DNA of 64,000 bases, taken from positions 1-64,000 of the IMG/VR virus record IMGVR_UViG_3300045051_000909. One strand, 5' to 3'. A model generated the notes under the pieces. That model saw nothing but the letters and a program-made list of their open reading frames with translations. It had not been told where the DNA came from and did no database searches. Below are positions 44,141 through 53,224 of the stretch, one piece after another. Made by a program: the position numbers and the translations under genes. The stretch comes from a virus (lineage: Duplodnaviria > Heunggongvirae > Uroviricota > Caudoviricetes). Numbering within the stretch: position 1 is the stretch's first letter; every line of letters starts with the position of its first letter.

Positions 44141-44419
44141 ATGAACGTTTCCAAAGAATGGCTCGACGAGCACGTCAAGGAGTTCGAGGACGCGCTGCGC
44201 TTCACTGAGCCGGAGTCGCGTGTAGCGGTGGCCACCTGCCTCGCGGGGGCAATGATCGCTGAGGAAGTTGCGAACGTCTCGAGCACGCTGTCGGAGGTCG
44301 CCCAGAATCTCGACTACATCGACAACAAGCTCGACAGCCTGATCGACACGAGCGCGCTCAACGGCATTCAAGAGGCCATCGAGGAGCTCACCAAGGCCGT
44401 CACCGAGAAGTCGAAATGA
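44141..44419 (+). CDS. hypothetical acidic protein (92 aa)
   Basis: AAGGAG RBS. Confidence 0.5.
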   Translation: MNVSKEWLDEHVKEFEDALRFTEPESRVAVATCLAGAMIAEEVANVSSTLSEVAQNLDYIDNKLDSLIDTSALNGIQEAIEELTKAVTEKSK

Positions 44420-44856
44420 CGGACGCTGAGATCAAGAAGCTCGCTCATGATCTGGTCACCAACCAGATCTTCATGAGCGACCAGTGCAGGCGCCCCGAAG
44501 AAGTCTCGATGGTCTTCATGCCGCTGCTCTTCCTGGACGCTGCCGCCCTCGAGACGCTGAAGAAGGATGACATCGTTCACTTCTACGAGTACAACGCCAA
44601 GGCCCTGCCGCGAGGCATCAACGGGATGCCGATGTTCTCCTCTATGCACTGCATCAGCCGCCAGGACTACGACAAGCTGCTCGTGGTCGAGAAGCAGATG
44701 CGGGTGGCGCTCGGCGAAATCAGCGAGACGCCGGAGCCATGTGAGTATTGCAAGGCGGACGGGTCCGACAGGGAAACCGCTACTGCCGAACGCCTAGCAC
44801 TCGGGCTGCCAGCCTTCGGCGCCTGCTGCGAGTGGTCGAAACAGAAGTCGTCATGA
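44416..44856 (+). CDS. hypothetical protein (146 aa)
   Basis: ATGA coupling. Confidence 0.5.
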   Translation: MTDAEIKKLAHDLVTNQIFMSDQCRRPEEVSMVFMPLLFLDAAALETLKKDDIVHFYEYNAKALPRGINGMPMFSSMHCISRQDYDKLLVVEKQMRVALGEISETPEPCEYCKADGSDRETATAERLALGLPAFGACCEWSKQKSS

Positions 44857-45116
44857 AACCGCATGTCGGTGATTACGTCGGCTACCCCGGTGGGAAGGCC
44901 ATCGGGGTAGTCGAGAAGTACGGACACTTGAATGCAGAAGTCTGTGCCTGGACAATCCGCTACCTGAACAACACCGGGGTAGAGAGCGGGACATCTGTCT
45001 ACGGCTTTCCTTTTGTCGTCAAGTGCAAGAACTGCCACTGTAGCCGCAACCAACACGCTCGCGGAGGCAAGTGCCTCTTTGAGCCAACGAAGTGGGAACG
45101 TGGAGTCAAGCTGTGA
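44853..45116 (+). CDS. zinc-knuckle family paralog 6 (CKNCHCSRNQHARGGKCLFEPTKW)
   Basis: ATGA coupling; N-terminal VGDYVGYPGGKAIGVV SH3/KOW-like strand. Confidence 0.6.
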   Translation: MKPHVGDYVGYPGGKAIGVVEKYGHLNAEVCAWTIRYLNNTGVESGTSVYGFPFVVKCKNCHCSRNQHARGGKCLFEPTKWERGVKL

Positions 45117-45496
45117 AAAATGAAGACATCGCTCCAGTAGTAACTCTCTTCATAATAATCAGTCTATTCGTCGGCGGTATTGTCGGGTTTGCGCTGATGC
45201 CTAGCGGCCACGAAGTTCTGGCCACGGTCCTAACGTCGATCTACGTGGCGCTGTGGACTATCCCCCTTGTCACTACGCCAATCGTCTGCGCTATCCTCGA
45301 TAAGCTCGAGGAAGGGCGGGCACTGAAGCGCGACATCCGCCGCGCTGAGTCCAAGGCCAAGGTAGAGGAGATCAACCTGCGTCACGCGCTGGAGATGGAT
45401 CGCATTCGCCTGGAGCACGGGAGAATTCAGCATGAGCTCAGAGAAGTCCTCGCGGAAGACGGCGTCCCGCCGGCACCCCGTGCCCAGGGTCGGTGA
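45113..45496 (+). CDS. membrane protein (GTG start) with two TM helices and coiled-coil tail
   Basis: GTGA overlap. Confidence 0.45.
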   Translation: MKNEDIAPVVTLFIIISLFVGGIVGFALMPSGHEVLATVLTSIYVALWTIPLVTTPIVCAILDKLEEGRALKRDIRRAESKAKVEEINLRHALEMDRIRLEHGRIQHELREVLAEDGVPPAPRAQGR

Positions 45497-45725
45497 TCTT
45501 GTTAAACATGAATACATCGATAGCGCTGTCGGGGTAGTCACCGAAGTGCGCCGAGACGAACCGTTTGGCGTCTGGATCACCTGGAACGCGAAATATGGAC
45601 CTAGTCCGTATAGGTGGGAAGAGCTCTTCGTCGTCTGCATGCACTGCAAGCAACCGTTCAAAGACCACGCTCGAGGGGGTTGGTGTCTATTCGAGCCGAC
45701 GCGTTGGGCGCGGAGACCTGCATGA
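45432..45725 (+). CDS. zinc-knuckle family paralog 7 (CMHCKQPFKDHARGGWCLFEPTRW); start 45432 or GTG 45480
   Basis: family motif; overlaps upstream gene. Confidence 0.5.
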   Translation: MSSEKSSRKTASRRHPVPRVGDLVKHEYIDSAVGVVTEVRRDEPFGVWITWNAKYGPSPYRWEELFVVCMHCKQPFKDHARGGWCLFEPTRWARRPA

Positions 45726-46003
45726 CAATCGTACCTATCGGCAAGGGAGACTACGTACGCAAGTTGCGTATGACCTCCAATTTCTACGACACGTATCCGG
45801 ATGATCCCATGCGTCGCGGTCAGGTGACTGACCGGGACGAGTGTATGCTCTATGTGAATTGGATAAGCGGCTTCATTACCGGGTGGTTCAAGCCCGAGGA
45901 GCTCGAAGCTCTCTGCCACAACTGCTTCATGGTCCATGAGGACCACGCTGACAACGAGAAGTGCCTGTACCAACCCACTTACTGGAAGGGGCCGTATCCA
46001 TGA
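45722..46003 (+). CDS. zinc-knuckle family paralog 8 (CHNCFMVHEDHADNEKCLYQPTYW)
   Basis: ATGA coupling. Confidence 0.6.
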   Translation: MTIVPIGKGDYVRKLRMTSNFYDTYPDDPMRRGQVTDRDECMLYVNWISGFITGWFKPEELEALCHNCFMVHEDHADNEKCLYQPTYWKGPYP

Positions 46004-46242
46004 TCTGGAACCACCGAGTCGTGAGGCGCGTCCACCGCCAAGGGAGGCGGCGGGAAACCGAGTACGCCATCCACGAGGCGTTCTACTGGGACAAGCGCAG
46101 CAAGAAGAAGGTGAGCGCGGTCACCGTGGACCCCATCGCTGTGCGCGGCAGCACGAAGAAGGAACTGCGGGAGACCTTGGAGCGCATGTTGCGCGCACTC
46201 GACGCCCCCGTGATCGACTACGATACACGGAAGGAGATCTAG
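46000..46242 (+). CDS. hypothetical protein (80 aa, start MIWNHR)
   Basis: ATGA coupling. Confidence 0.45.
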   Translation: MIWNHRVVRRVHRQGRRRETEYAIHEAFYWDKRSKKKVSAVTVDPIAVRGSTKKELRETLERMLRALDAPVIDYDTRKEI

Positions 46243-46244
46243 CC

Positions 46245-46523
46245 GTGTGTGCCAACTGTTACAAGAAGATCGAGGAGGCGATGAAGCGTGTTAACCGCTG
46301 GGGGCCGTTCGTCTGGTTCGTAGTGGTTCTCGGCGGCAACACGCTTATGGTCAAGATGGAGATCACGCTGCTGCTGAAGCCATTCCAGCTCTTCCACAAC
46401 ATCCTCTGGCTGGCGACGTGCATTGGGTTCGGCATCTTGGCCGCAGAGTGTGAACGCGCCTACGAGCACTACGTCTTCTGGTCCCTTGAGCGCGACTACC
46501 TGCGCAAGGACAAGCATCTGTGA
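46245..46523 (+). CDS. membrane protein with N-terminal CANC (GTG start)
   Basis: two hydrophobic helices. Confidence 0.4.
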   Translation: MCANCYKKIEEAMKRVNRWGPFVWFVVVLGGNTLMVKMEITLLLKPFQLFHNILWLATCIGFGILAAECERAYEHYVFWSLERDYLRKDKHL

Positions 46524-46912
46524 GTCGGTTCGACGATATGCCGTTTTACATCCATGATGGCGATAAGCAATACATCGTGGATGCACATTTCGACACTCGC
46601 TCCAAAGTTGGAGATCTCGTCCGCATCGGGATGCTCACCTTCTTCGGCATCGTAATCAAGGCCTGGAATGCCGAAGTAAGAAACGCCAGCGGCTTCATAG
46701 AGAGCGTTCCCATGCGCCGCGTGGTATTCCAGAACGGCTCACGCGACCGCGCGAATTACTCGGAGGACAATCTGAGCATCGTCCTCTGCGCCAACTGCTT
46801 GCTTCCAAGGTCAGAGCATGCGAAATACATGAGGTGTCTGTTCGAGCCCACGCGGTTCACACCCTGGAGGAAGACTGATGTACTGCCCAACGCACGGAGA
46901 CGTCTACGGTAG
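46520..46912 (+). CDS. zinc-knuckle family paralog 9 (CANCLLPRSEHAKYMRCLFEPTRF)
   Basis: GTGA coupling. Confidence 0.55.
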   Translation: MSRFDDMPFYIHDGDKQYIVDAHFDTRSKVGDLVRIGMLTFFGIVIKAWNAEVRNASGFIESVPMRRVVFQNGSRDRANYSEDNLSIVLCANCLLPRSEHAKYMRCLFEPTRFTPWRKTDVLPNARRRLR

Positions 46913-47114
46913 CAGCACCATCGGTTGCCCCTACTGCAATACTGGAACAATCACCGTGCCTCAGGGAGTGGTCTATTCGGGGCCGCCCCTCAGGGTTCCG
47001 ACGCTCGAGGAGCGCGTCGCCGCCCTGGAGGCCGAGGTGGCTGCGCTCAAGGAGCAGCTCCGCAACGCCGCCGGCGCCTTGGACTACGCGCGGCAGTTGA
47101 TGCCATTGCGATGA
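46878..47114 (+). CDS. zinc-ribbon + coiled-coil small protein (78 aa)
   Basis: MYCPTHG...CPYCNTG then heptad helix. Confidence 0.45.
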   Translation: MYCPTHGDVYGSSTIGCPYCNTGTITVPQGVVYSGPPLRVPTLEERVAALEAEVAALKEQLRNAAGALDYARQLMPLR

Positions 47115-47329
47115 AACCCTGGACAATCGAAACGCGGGACACCTGTCGCTTTTGCAGAATGCCCAAGGCCGAACACGCGGCCGCTGCCAAGTGCCTATTC
47201 GAGCCTACGCAATACGACCCGACAACGGTGTTGGTCATCGACGCAGAGAACGGTATCTCGTTGGATATCTCCGAACCCGCCGTACGGCAGTGGGTTGAGG
47301 GGATCGCCAGCGGGATACGCGGAGTCTGA
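47111..47329 (+). CDS. zinc-knuckle family paralog 10 with N-terminal motif (CRFCRMPKAEHAAAAKCLFEPTQY)
   Basis: ATGA coupling. Confidence 0.55.
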   Translation: MKPWTIETRDTCRFCRMPKAEHAAAAKCLFEPTQYDPTTVLVIDAENGISLDISEPAVRQWVEGIASGIRGV

Positions 47330-47335
47330 AAGGAA

Positions 47336-47370
47336 GCGGGCCAGCACCGGCCGCTTCTTTTTGGTATCAG
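47336..47370 (+). promoter_or_regulatory. terminator-promoter cassette (then TGGTATCAG)
   Basis: GCGGGCC..GGCCGC hairpin TTCTTTTTGGTATCAG. Confidence 0.5.
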
Positions 47371-47375
47371 CAGAC

Positions 47376-47645
47376 ATGAACCCCGCGAATTTCCGGGTCG
47401 GGGATGCGGTCACTATTGCCCTACTCCGTACGGATAGTTACCCTGTTGGCCGCGTCGTTAGTGTCCTCCCCGACTGCTTAAACGTAGCGTGGGGGTTTTC
47501 CCACGGCTACTTGGCGTATGACCCTACTGCGCTATGCCCTCTCTGTAACAATTGTCTAATGCTCCAAGTGGAACACGCCCAAAACAACAAATGCCTATTC
47601 GCTCCGACCTACTGGGACGGGGCGTGTGAAGGAAGGAAGAAGTGA
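47376..47645 (+). CDS. zinc-knuckle family paralog 11 (CPLCNNCLMLQVEHAQNNKCLFAPTYW)
   Basis: ATG 6 nt after -10-like element. Confidence 0.55.
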   Translation: MNPANFRVGDAVTIALLRTDSYPVGRVVSVLPDCLNVAWGFSHGYLAYDPTALCPLCNNCLMLQVEHAQNNKCLFAPTYWDGACEGRKK

Positions 47646-47761
47646 TCGAAGCGCTAGAGAGTTTCATAGGAGCTGTGTTGGGCTTGGTTGCAACGGCCGT
47701 TGCCGTTGCGGGCGTCCTTTATTTATTGGGCGTCCTTCAGTGAACAGGGAAACATCAAAAC

Positions 47762-49216
47762 ATGAGCGACCAGATTCTTCGCAATGCGCTGGATGAGGCC
47801 AAAGAGACCATCCGCGAGCAAGACGAGATGCTGCGCCAGTTGACCGCGCCCCCGTATCTGCGGGGCGTCGTCATCCGCCCACCGAAGCCGAACGACAAGC
47901 AGCTCTGCCTCATCTCCCAGGACGGAAAGCTCCTCGAGCTCGTCGCCCCCGCCAACGTGCAACTCCGCGCAGGTATGCAGCTGCGGCTGAACGCCCAGAC
48001 GATGGGGATTGTCGAGGTACTCAAGGAAGCGTCTCTCGGAGAGATCGGCTCCGTACTGCGCACGATGCCCGCGACGAATCAGTGTGAGGTCGAAGTCCAG
48101 GGGACAACGCGCGTGGTGTCGGTCGGTCTCGACAAAGCACCTGTCCGCGGCGACCGCGTGGTCGTCGACGAGACCTGCTCCGTGATCACCCAGAACCTGG
48201 GGAAGGAACAGGAGGCGTTCGCCTTCACTGGCGAGACCAGCGTGTCCTGGGAGGACATCGGTGGCCTGCGCGATGCCAAGGAGCAGATGATCGAAGCCAT
48301 CGAGCTCCCGCACAAGCATCCCGACCTCTACAAGAAGTACGGGAAGAAGCCCATCAAGGGCGTGCTGCTCTACGGTCCTCCGGGCTGCGGCAAGACGATG
48401 CTCGCCAAGGCCACGGCCACGGCGCTGTCCAAGGTCCACGGTCAGAAGACCTCCACGGGGTTCATCTACGTCAAGGGCCCCGAGATCCTCAGCAAGTTCG
48501 TGGGAACCAGCGAGGCGACGATTCGGGGGCTCTTCGAGCGCGCCCGCGAGCACAAGAAGAAGCACGGCTACCCCGCTGTGCTGTTCGTCGACGAAGCCGA
48601 CGCCATCCTGTCTCGTCGCGGTACGGGCATCAGCTCCGACATCGAAAAGACCATCGTCCCGATGTTCCTCGCCGAGATGGACGGCATGGACGACAGCGGG
48701 GCCGTCGTTCTGCTGGCAACGAACCGCCCAGACGTCCTGGACCCCGCAGTGGTCCGCGACGGACGCGTCGACCGCAAGGTTCGGGTGACCCGGCCCGAGG
48801 TCGACGGCGCCGCCGAGATCTTCAGCCTGAACCTGAAGGGGAAGCCCCTCATCGATCACACGCCCAAGGAGTACGCGCGCTTCTGCGCCGGCGAGCTGTA
48901 CGCCGACAAGCACGAGCTCTACGAAATCAATCTGCGCTCGGGAAACACGCTCAAGGTCAAGCTGTCCCACCTGGTCAACGGCGCGATGATCGCCGGCGTG
49001 GTCGACCAGGCCACCACCCTCGCAATGCGGCGGGACATCGCCCACAGCGGCAAGGGAAAGTGTGGGCTGACCAAGGAAGACGCCACGGAGGCCATCGCCT
49101 CTCTGCTCAAGCAGAATCGCGACCTCGACCACACCGACGAGTTGCAGGAGTTCACGCACGACTTCCGCAAGGACGTCGTGGGCGTCAACAAGATCCGGCA
49201 CGCGGCCACCGCGTAG
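47762..49216 (+). CDS. ARC/Mpa/PAN-like proteasomal-type AAA+ ATPase (coiled coil + OB + classic AAA)
   Basis: DIGGL...ELP..HP.LY..YG..P.KGVLLYGPPGCGKTMLAKA (near-identical to Mpa/ARC Walker A region), Walker B LFVDEAD, SRH ATNRPDVLDPAVVRDGRVDR; N-terminal heptad helix and OB-like segment. Confidence 0.8.
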   Translation: MSDQILRNALDEAKETIREQDEMLRQLTAPPYLRGVVIRPPKPNDKQLCLISQDGKLLELVAPANVQLRAGMQLRLNAQTMGIVEVLKEASLGEIGSVLRTMPATNQCEVEVQGTTRVVSVGLDKAPVRGDRVVVDETCSVITQNLGKEQEAFAFTGETSVSWEDIGGLRDAKEQMIEAIELPHKHPDLYKKYGKKPIKGVLLYGPPGCGKTMLAKATATALSKVHGQKTSTGFIYVKGPEILSKFVGTSEATIRGLFERAREHKKKHGYPAVLFVDEADAILSRRGTGISSDIEKTIVPMFLAEMDGMDDSGAVVLLATNRPDVLDPAVVRDGRVDRKVRVTRPEVDGAAEIFSLNLKGKPLIDHTPKEYARFCAGELYADKHELYEINLRSGNTLKVKLSHLVNGAMIAGVVDQATTLAMRRDIAHSGKGKCGLTKEDATEAIASLLKQNRDLDHTDELQEFTHDFRKDVVGVNKIRHAATA

Positions 49217-49231
49217 CCAGAGGAGCTACAC

Positions 49232-49432
49232 ATGTGGGAGCAGACCAAGAAGAGCAAGAAGAAGCCGACCGGCGGCAAGGGCGGCAAGACGGAGTTCGAA
49301 GACATCAGCGCGAAGATCCCCGACGCCAAGAGCGCCCTCGAGAAGTTGGAGGCCGCTGAGCGCGAGGCCAACCGGCTGAACCGCCAGAAGCAGAAGAAAG
49401 AAGAGGAGTCCAGTGGCTGCACCTGCTGGTGA
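49232..49432 (+). CDS. small disordered Lys-rich + helical protein (66 aa) downstream of AAA ATPase
   Basis: KKSKKKPTGGKGGK then EKLEAAEREANRL helix. Confidence 0.45.
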   Translation: MWEQTKKSKKKPTGGKGGKTEFEDISAKIPDAKSALEKLEAAEREANRLNRQKQKKEEESSGCTCW

Positions 49433-49772
49433 CATCCTCACGGTCATGGCGCTGTCGCTAGCAGTAGCGGCAGCTGCTATGACGCTCACCAAGGCGAAGG
49501 TGTTCTCCTGGCTGCGCGAGGCTGTGAGCTCGCGCAGTCAGTTCTTCGGTGAGCTGTTCAGTTGCCCGTACTGCATGAGCCACTGGCTCGCGTTCATCGG
49601 AGTATTGGTTTTCCGGCCGGCGCTGGCTATTTGCCCGGTCCCCTACCTGGGCCCGGTCGCCGAAGTGGCCCTGTCCACGTTCGTCGTAGTAGCGCTCAAC
49701 GCACCCATCGCCCGTTTGATTTTCTCAGCGTACGCCGCTATGGGAGCTCTTGCTGAAGAAGAGGAGGAGTAG
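49413..49772 (+). CDS. membrane protein with CPYC motif (DUF1360-like)
   Basis: three hydrophobic helices, CPYCMSHW. Confidence 0.5.
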   Translation: MAAPAGDILTVMALSLAVAAAAMTLTKAKVFSWLREAVSSRSQFFGELFSCPYCMSHWLAFIGVLVFRPALAICPVPYLGPVAEVALSTFVVVALNAPIARLIFSAYAAMGALAEEEEE

Positions 49773-50105
49773 ATGAGCGAAGAAGCGTTCGACGCCCTGA
49801 TGAAGAAGTACAGTCTCAACCCCAAGATTCCCAGCGTCTGCGGCCCCGGTTGGCTGCCCATTCTCGATGAGCTCTTCGACAAGCTCATCAAGCTGGGCTG
49901 GGACCGCGACGTACACCAGATCAAGGAGAAGTTCGGAAAGCTGCGCATCTACATCGGCCCCGGGACCGATGAGATGCGCCGGCTCGTTCACGAGGCCGAA
50001 GACAAGTCCAACCACGTCTGCGAGGAGTGCGGTAAGCCCGGTACGAACGGCGCAAGCAAGACGGGCTGGTTCCGCACCCTCTGCGAGAAATGCCGTGGCC
50101 GATAA
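49773..50105 (+). CDS. hypothetical protein with C-terminal CEECGK...CEKC zinc ribbon
   Basis: begins 1 nt after previous stop. Confidence 0.5.
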   Translation: MSEEAFDALMKKYSLNPKIPSVCGPGWLPILDELFDKLIKLGWDRDVHQIKEKFGKLRIYIGPGTDEMRRLVHEAEDKSNHVCEECGKPGTNGASKTGWFRTLCEKCRGR

Positions 50106-50434
50106 CAAGAAGATCGTTCGGATCCTGTTCGAGTACGAGGACGGGACGGCACGCCAAGCCGTCGGTGCCGACGCTGATACGTACATCAACTGGGTCAACG
50201 GGTTCATGGTCACAGCGCAGCTGCGAGCCGGTGGCGCGGACCCGACGGGCGAGAAGATGCACGCCCTGCTCAAGCCCTGCAAACCGCCGGTGGTGGAAGA
50301 GCTGTGAACCGCACCGATCCTGACCGCATCTTGGCGTGGCTTCTGGTGCACGCCGTGCGGCTCGGCTTCTTCATCTACGGCGTGGTGCAGCTTGTCGAGA
50401 ATCCGCCGAAGTTCAAAGAAGACGAGGACGAGTG

Positions 50435-50719
50435 ATGGCCGAGACGAAGCCCATCTACATGATCCGCAACAAGAAGACGGGGCTGTTCCGTCTGCCCAAC
50501 GGCAAAGCCAAGGTTCACTTCGGCCCGAACGGCGGCGTCCATCTCGAGGAGTGGAGCCCTGCCGGGAAGATCTTCGAGTCCATGGCCGCCGTCAAGCAGC
50601 ACCTGCGGCTCGCGGGCTACCAGCAACGCGCGAAGGACTGGGGGGTATGCGAGGTGAGGGTCCACGTAAGCAAGGCCACGCCCGTCAGAGAGGTTCTCGC
50701 CAAAAAGGAACGTCGGTGA
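50435..50719 (+). CDS. hypothetical protein (94 aa) sharing YMIRN-KTG N-domain with paralog 14
   Basis: KPIYMIRNKKTGLF vs GKLYMIRNTNTGHF in 52593. Confidence 0.5.
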   Translation: MAETKPIYMIRNKKTGLFRLPNGKAKVHFGPNGGVHLEEWSPAGKIFESMAAVKQHLRLAGYQQRAKDWGVCEVRVHVSKATPVREVLAKKERR

Positions 50720-51036
50720 ACGACGTTATCGGGTACAAGCTACTGCGCAAGCGCAAGGACGGTACGCTGGGTCCGCTGTTCATCAATCGGGCCCAGCGTA
50801 TCCCCTTCGGCGTATGGCTGAAAGCGAAGCCGCACCGTACGCCAGGCTACGCGTTTCGTCCGGGGTGGCACGCAACGGTGCGTCCCGTGGCGCCGCACCT
50901 ATCCCTCAAGGGGCGGGTGTGGTGCCGCGTTCGGCTTCGCGGCGTGACTGAGTACATCAGGCCCAAGGCGCAAGGAGGCACCTGGCTGTTGGCCAAGCAG
51001 ATGAAAATCGAAGCGGAGATCAAGGAAAAGAAATGA
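50716..51036 (+). CDS. hypothetical basic protein (GTG start)
   Basis: GTGA coupling. Confidence 0.45.
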   Translation: MNDVIGYKLLRKRKDGTLGPLFINRAQRIPFGVWLKAKPHRTPGYAFRPGWHATVRPVAPHLSLKGRVWCRVRLRGVTEYIRPKAQGGTWLLAKQMKIEAEIKEKK

Positions 51037-51518
51037 CCTGTGCAACGTGCTGGTGGCACGACAAGGGCCGTTGTCGCAATCTGGCATTCGGCTTCTTCGG
51101 TAAGGAAGTTCTCACCGCCATGCGGACGACGGACAAGCTCATCACGATCAACGTCCCCCACGCAATCAATGACTACCTGCTAGGGCGCTGCGCAAAGGCC
51201 GGCGATAACGGCTACCGCGAAGAGGCCAAGGTCCTGGTTATGTACGAGGAGGCGCGCAATCGCCCGGCGCCGCCGCCAGCTGTGTACACGGTCCCCAAGC
51301 CGATTCCTGTCGTTCGGTGCCCGGCGCCCTGGATTGCGTATGCCCCCCTCCCGGAGCATGAGATCAACTGGGGGAACAAGAAGCATCGGTTTGCGGAGCT
51401 CAGTATCATGATTCACGCACTCGACGTCAAGCCCAAGAACTCGGCGGAGATTCGACAGCTCCGCGCCCTCCGCAAAGAAGCGCGGCAGCTCAACAAGCAG
51501 ATAAGGGGGCACGCATGA
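51033..51518 (+). CDS. hypothetical protein (161 aa) with N-terminal CATCWWHDKGRC
   Basis: ATGA coupling. Confidence 0.5.
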   Translation: MTCATCWWHDKGRCRNLAFGFFGKEVLTAMRTTDKLITINVPHAINDYLLGRCAKAGDNGYREEAKVLVMYEEARNRPAPPPAVYTVPKPIPVVRCPAPWIAYAPLPEHEINWGNKKHRFAELSIMIHALDVKPKNSAEIRQLRALRKEARQLNKQIRGHA

Positions 51519-51733
51519 CCAAAGAAGAGATCAATGAAAAGGCCACGCAGTTGGGCATCGCCCTGGTGGACACCGTGAGCGGGTTCGACTTCGGAACCGA
51601 AGACCTCAACGAACGCATGATGGTCATCTACAACGCCAATCTGCGTTTCGCGGCAAGCTTCGCTGCCGGGCTTGTCACCGAAGAGGAGTTCGTCAGGCAC
51701 TTGGTCGAGTCTTACCGAGAGGCCAAGAAGTAG
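51515..51733 (+). CDS. hypothetical protein (72 aa)
   Basis: ATGA coupling; followed by cassette. Confidence 0.45.
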   Translation: MTKEEINEKATQLGIALVDTVSGFDFGTEDLNERMMVIYNANLRFAASFAAGLVTEEEFVRHLVESYREAKK

Positions 51734-51742
51734 CCGTGAGAG

Positions 51743-51779
51743 AGCGACGCCCGTAAGGGTCGCTTTCTTTTGGTATCAG
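51743..51779 (+). promoter_or_regulatory. terminator-promoter cassette (then TGGTATCAG)
   Basis: AGCGACGCCC..GGGTCGCT hairpin TTCTTTTGGTATCAG. Confidence 0.55.
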
Positions 51780-51811
51780 CTGATGCTGACAAAGCTTTCG
51801 GAGGTATCTGA

Positions 51812-52270
51812 GTGTCCCTTCCATTTGACGAAACGATCAAACCCGGAACTTGGACCAAGCGCAAGGTGGGTTTCGATGATCTGCGTTACTTAGTTACTGA
51901 TATTCACCCGGTGGCGGGCCAGTTACGTGTCGATGTTATCCAAGTCGACGCACGCACCCGGGACTGGTATCACCTGTTTTTCGAAGGCACCTTGGGGTCC
52001 TGGGCCCGTGAAATCTTCAACTGCCATCCGGGGCTACTAACGCCGCTCTGTGTGAATTGTCTGGAGTCTCGTGATGACCATGCACAGGATAAGTGCCTAT
52101 GGGCTCCGAGTTGGTTTGAGCCATTTGTAGAGTCCCGCCTGGATCGACTCGCACAGCTTCTGAGCGATCAACAAATTACGTGTATTCGCTGTGGTTGGCC
52201 TAAGGCGTTACACCAACCCCCTAGCCTGAAATGCATCGGAGGTCTCGGTATAGGAGTGTTCGCGCCATGA
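51812..52270 (+). CDS. zinc-knuckle family paralog 12 (CVNCLESRDDHAQDKCLWAPSWF plus degenerate second copy CIRCGWPKALHQPPSLKC)
   Basis: GTG start after GGAGG RBS. Confidence 0.55.
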   Translation: MSLPFDETIKPGTWTKRKVGFDDLRYLVTDIHPVAGQLRVDVIQVDARTRDWYHLFFEGTLGSWAREIFNCHPGLLTPLCVNCLESRDDHAQDKCLWAPSWFEPFVESRLDRLAQLLSDQQITCIRCGWPKALHQPPSLKCIGGLGIGVFAP

Positions 52271-52596
52271 AAGCCAAAGTCGCCATTCTCCAAAAACCCA
52301 GCGTGCCAAATCGCGCCCGCTACTACACCAACATCTTCTTGGCGATAAAGCGTCGGCGAGGCAACTACAGGGGTTTCTATTATCCCTGGACGGTGCTGTG
52401 CGCCAGACATCCACAATCTCTCGACTTCGTCTGTGTCCATTGCAAGAAGCGCTATTCCGAGCACGCGGGCGATAAGTGCCTGTTCGACACGACGTGGTTT
52501 AAGCACTGGGAAGTTGAAGTCACAGTCGATGCCAACGGCGTCGGCCACTGTGAGTACACACACCTGCTGGAAGACCTGGAAGGGGTTCCGTTTTGA
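52267..52596 (+). CDS. zinc-knuckle family paralog 13 (CVHCKKRYSEHAGDKCLFDTTWF)
   Basis: ATGA coupling. Confidence 0.55.
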   Translation: MKAKVAILQKPSVPNRARYYTNIFLAIKRRRGNYRGFYYPWTVLCARHPQSLDFVCVHCKKRYSEHAGDKCLFDTTWFKHWEVEVTVDANGVGHCEYTHLLEDLEGVPF

Positions 52597-52973
52597 GCAA
52601 GAAGAACAGCACTAAAGGCAAGCTGTACATGATCCGCAATACGAACACGGGGCACTTCGTGAGCGGCAAAGGCCGCTACGCCAACGAGACCAAGAACGGC
52701 AAGCTGTGGACGCACGGGACGCTGTTGCTACACCTCAACCTGTACAAGAGCTACCCCGCAAAGGATCTGGGCGATCCAGAGAGCTGGGCGTCTCTGCCCG
52801 AGAGCCTCGAGATCGTCGAGGTTGAGATCCGCGTCAAAGAGGAGACAGCGCGCAACGCCAAGCGTTACATGCTGGCGCGCCACCGCTGCCCGGACTGCGG
52901 CTTCTCCGCCAAAGCCCACACCGAGGATGGCCGATGCCTGTACGCACCGAATGCAGTCAACCCAAAACAATAA
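52593..52973 (+). CDS. zinc-knuckle family paralog 14 (CPDCGFSAKAHTEDGRCLYAPNAV)
   Basis: TTGA-type overlap; N-domain homologous to 50435..50719. Confidence 0.5.
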   Translation: MSKKNSTKGKLYMIRNTNTGHFVSGKGRYANETKNGKLWTHGTLLLHLNLYKSYPAKDLGDPESWASLPESLEIVEVEIRVKEETARNAKRYMLARHRCPDCGFSAKAHTEDGRCLYAPNAVNPKQ

Positions 52974-53224
52974 GCATCAACGACTGGGTACAGCTCCAAC
53001 ACTTGAAGGACGTCAAACGCGTCGGACGGGTTATTAGCGCCAGCCACTTCGTCTCGAATGCGTATGGTATTGAAGTGGTCTACCTCATACAATTTACTGA
53101 TACACCCTGGCCCGCCCAGTGTAGGGCTGAGGCACTCGTGCGTGTTTGCGGCAACTGCCACCGCCTTCCGGTGGACCACGCTGAATCGGGGCAGTGCCTC
53201 TACGCTCCTGGGAAATTCACATGA
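52934..53224 (+). CDS. zinc-knuckle family paralog 15 (CGNCHRLPVDHAESGQCLYAPGKF); start uncertain
   Basis: family motif. Confidence 0.5.
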   Translation: MPVRTECSQPKTISINDWVQLQHLKDVKRVGRVISASHFVSNAYGIEVVYLIQFTDTPWPAQCRAEALVRVCGNCHRLPVDHAESGQCLYAPGKFT

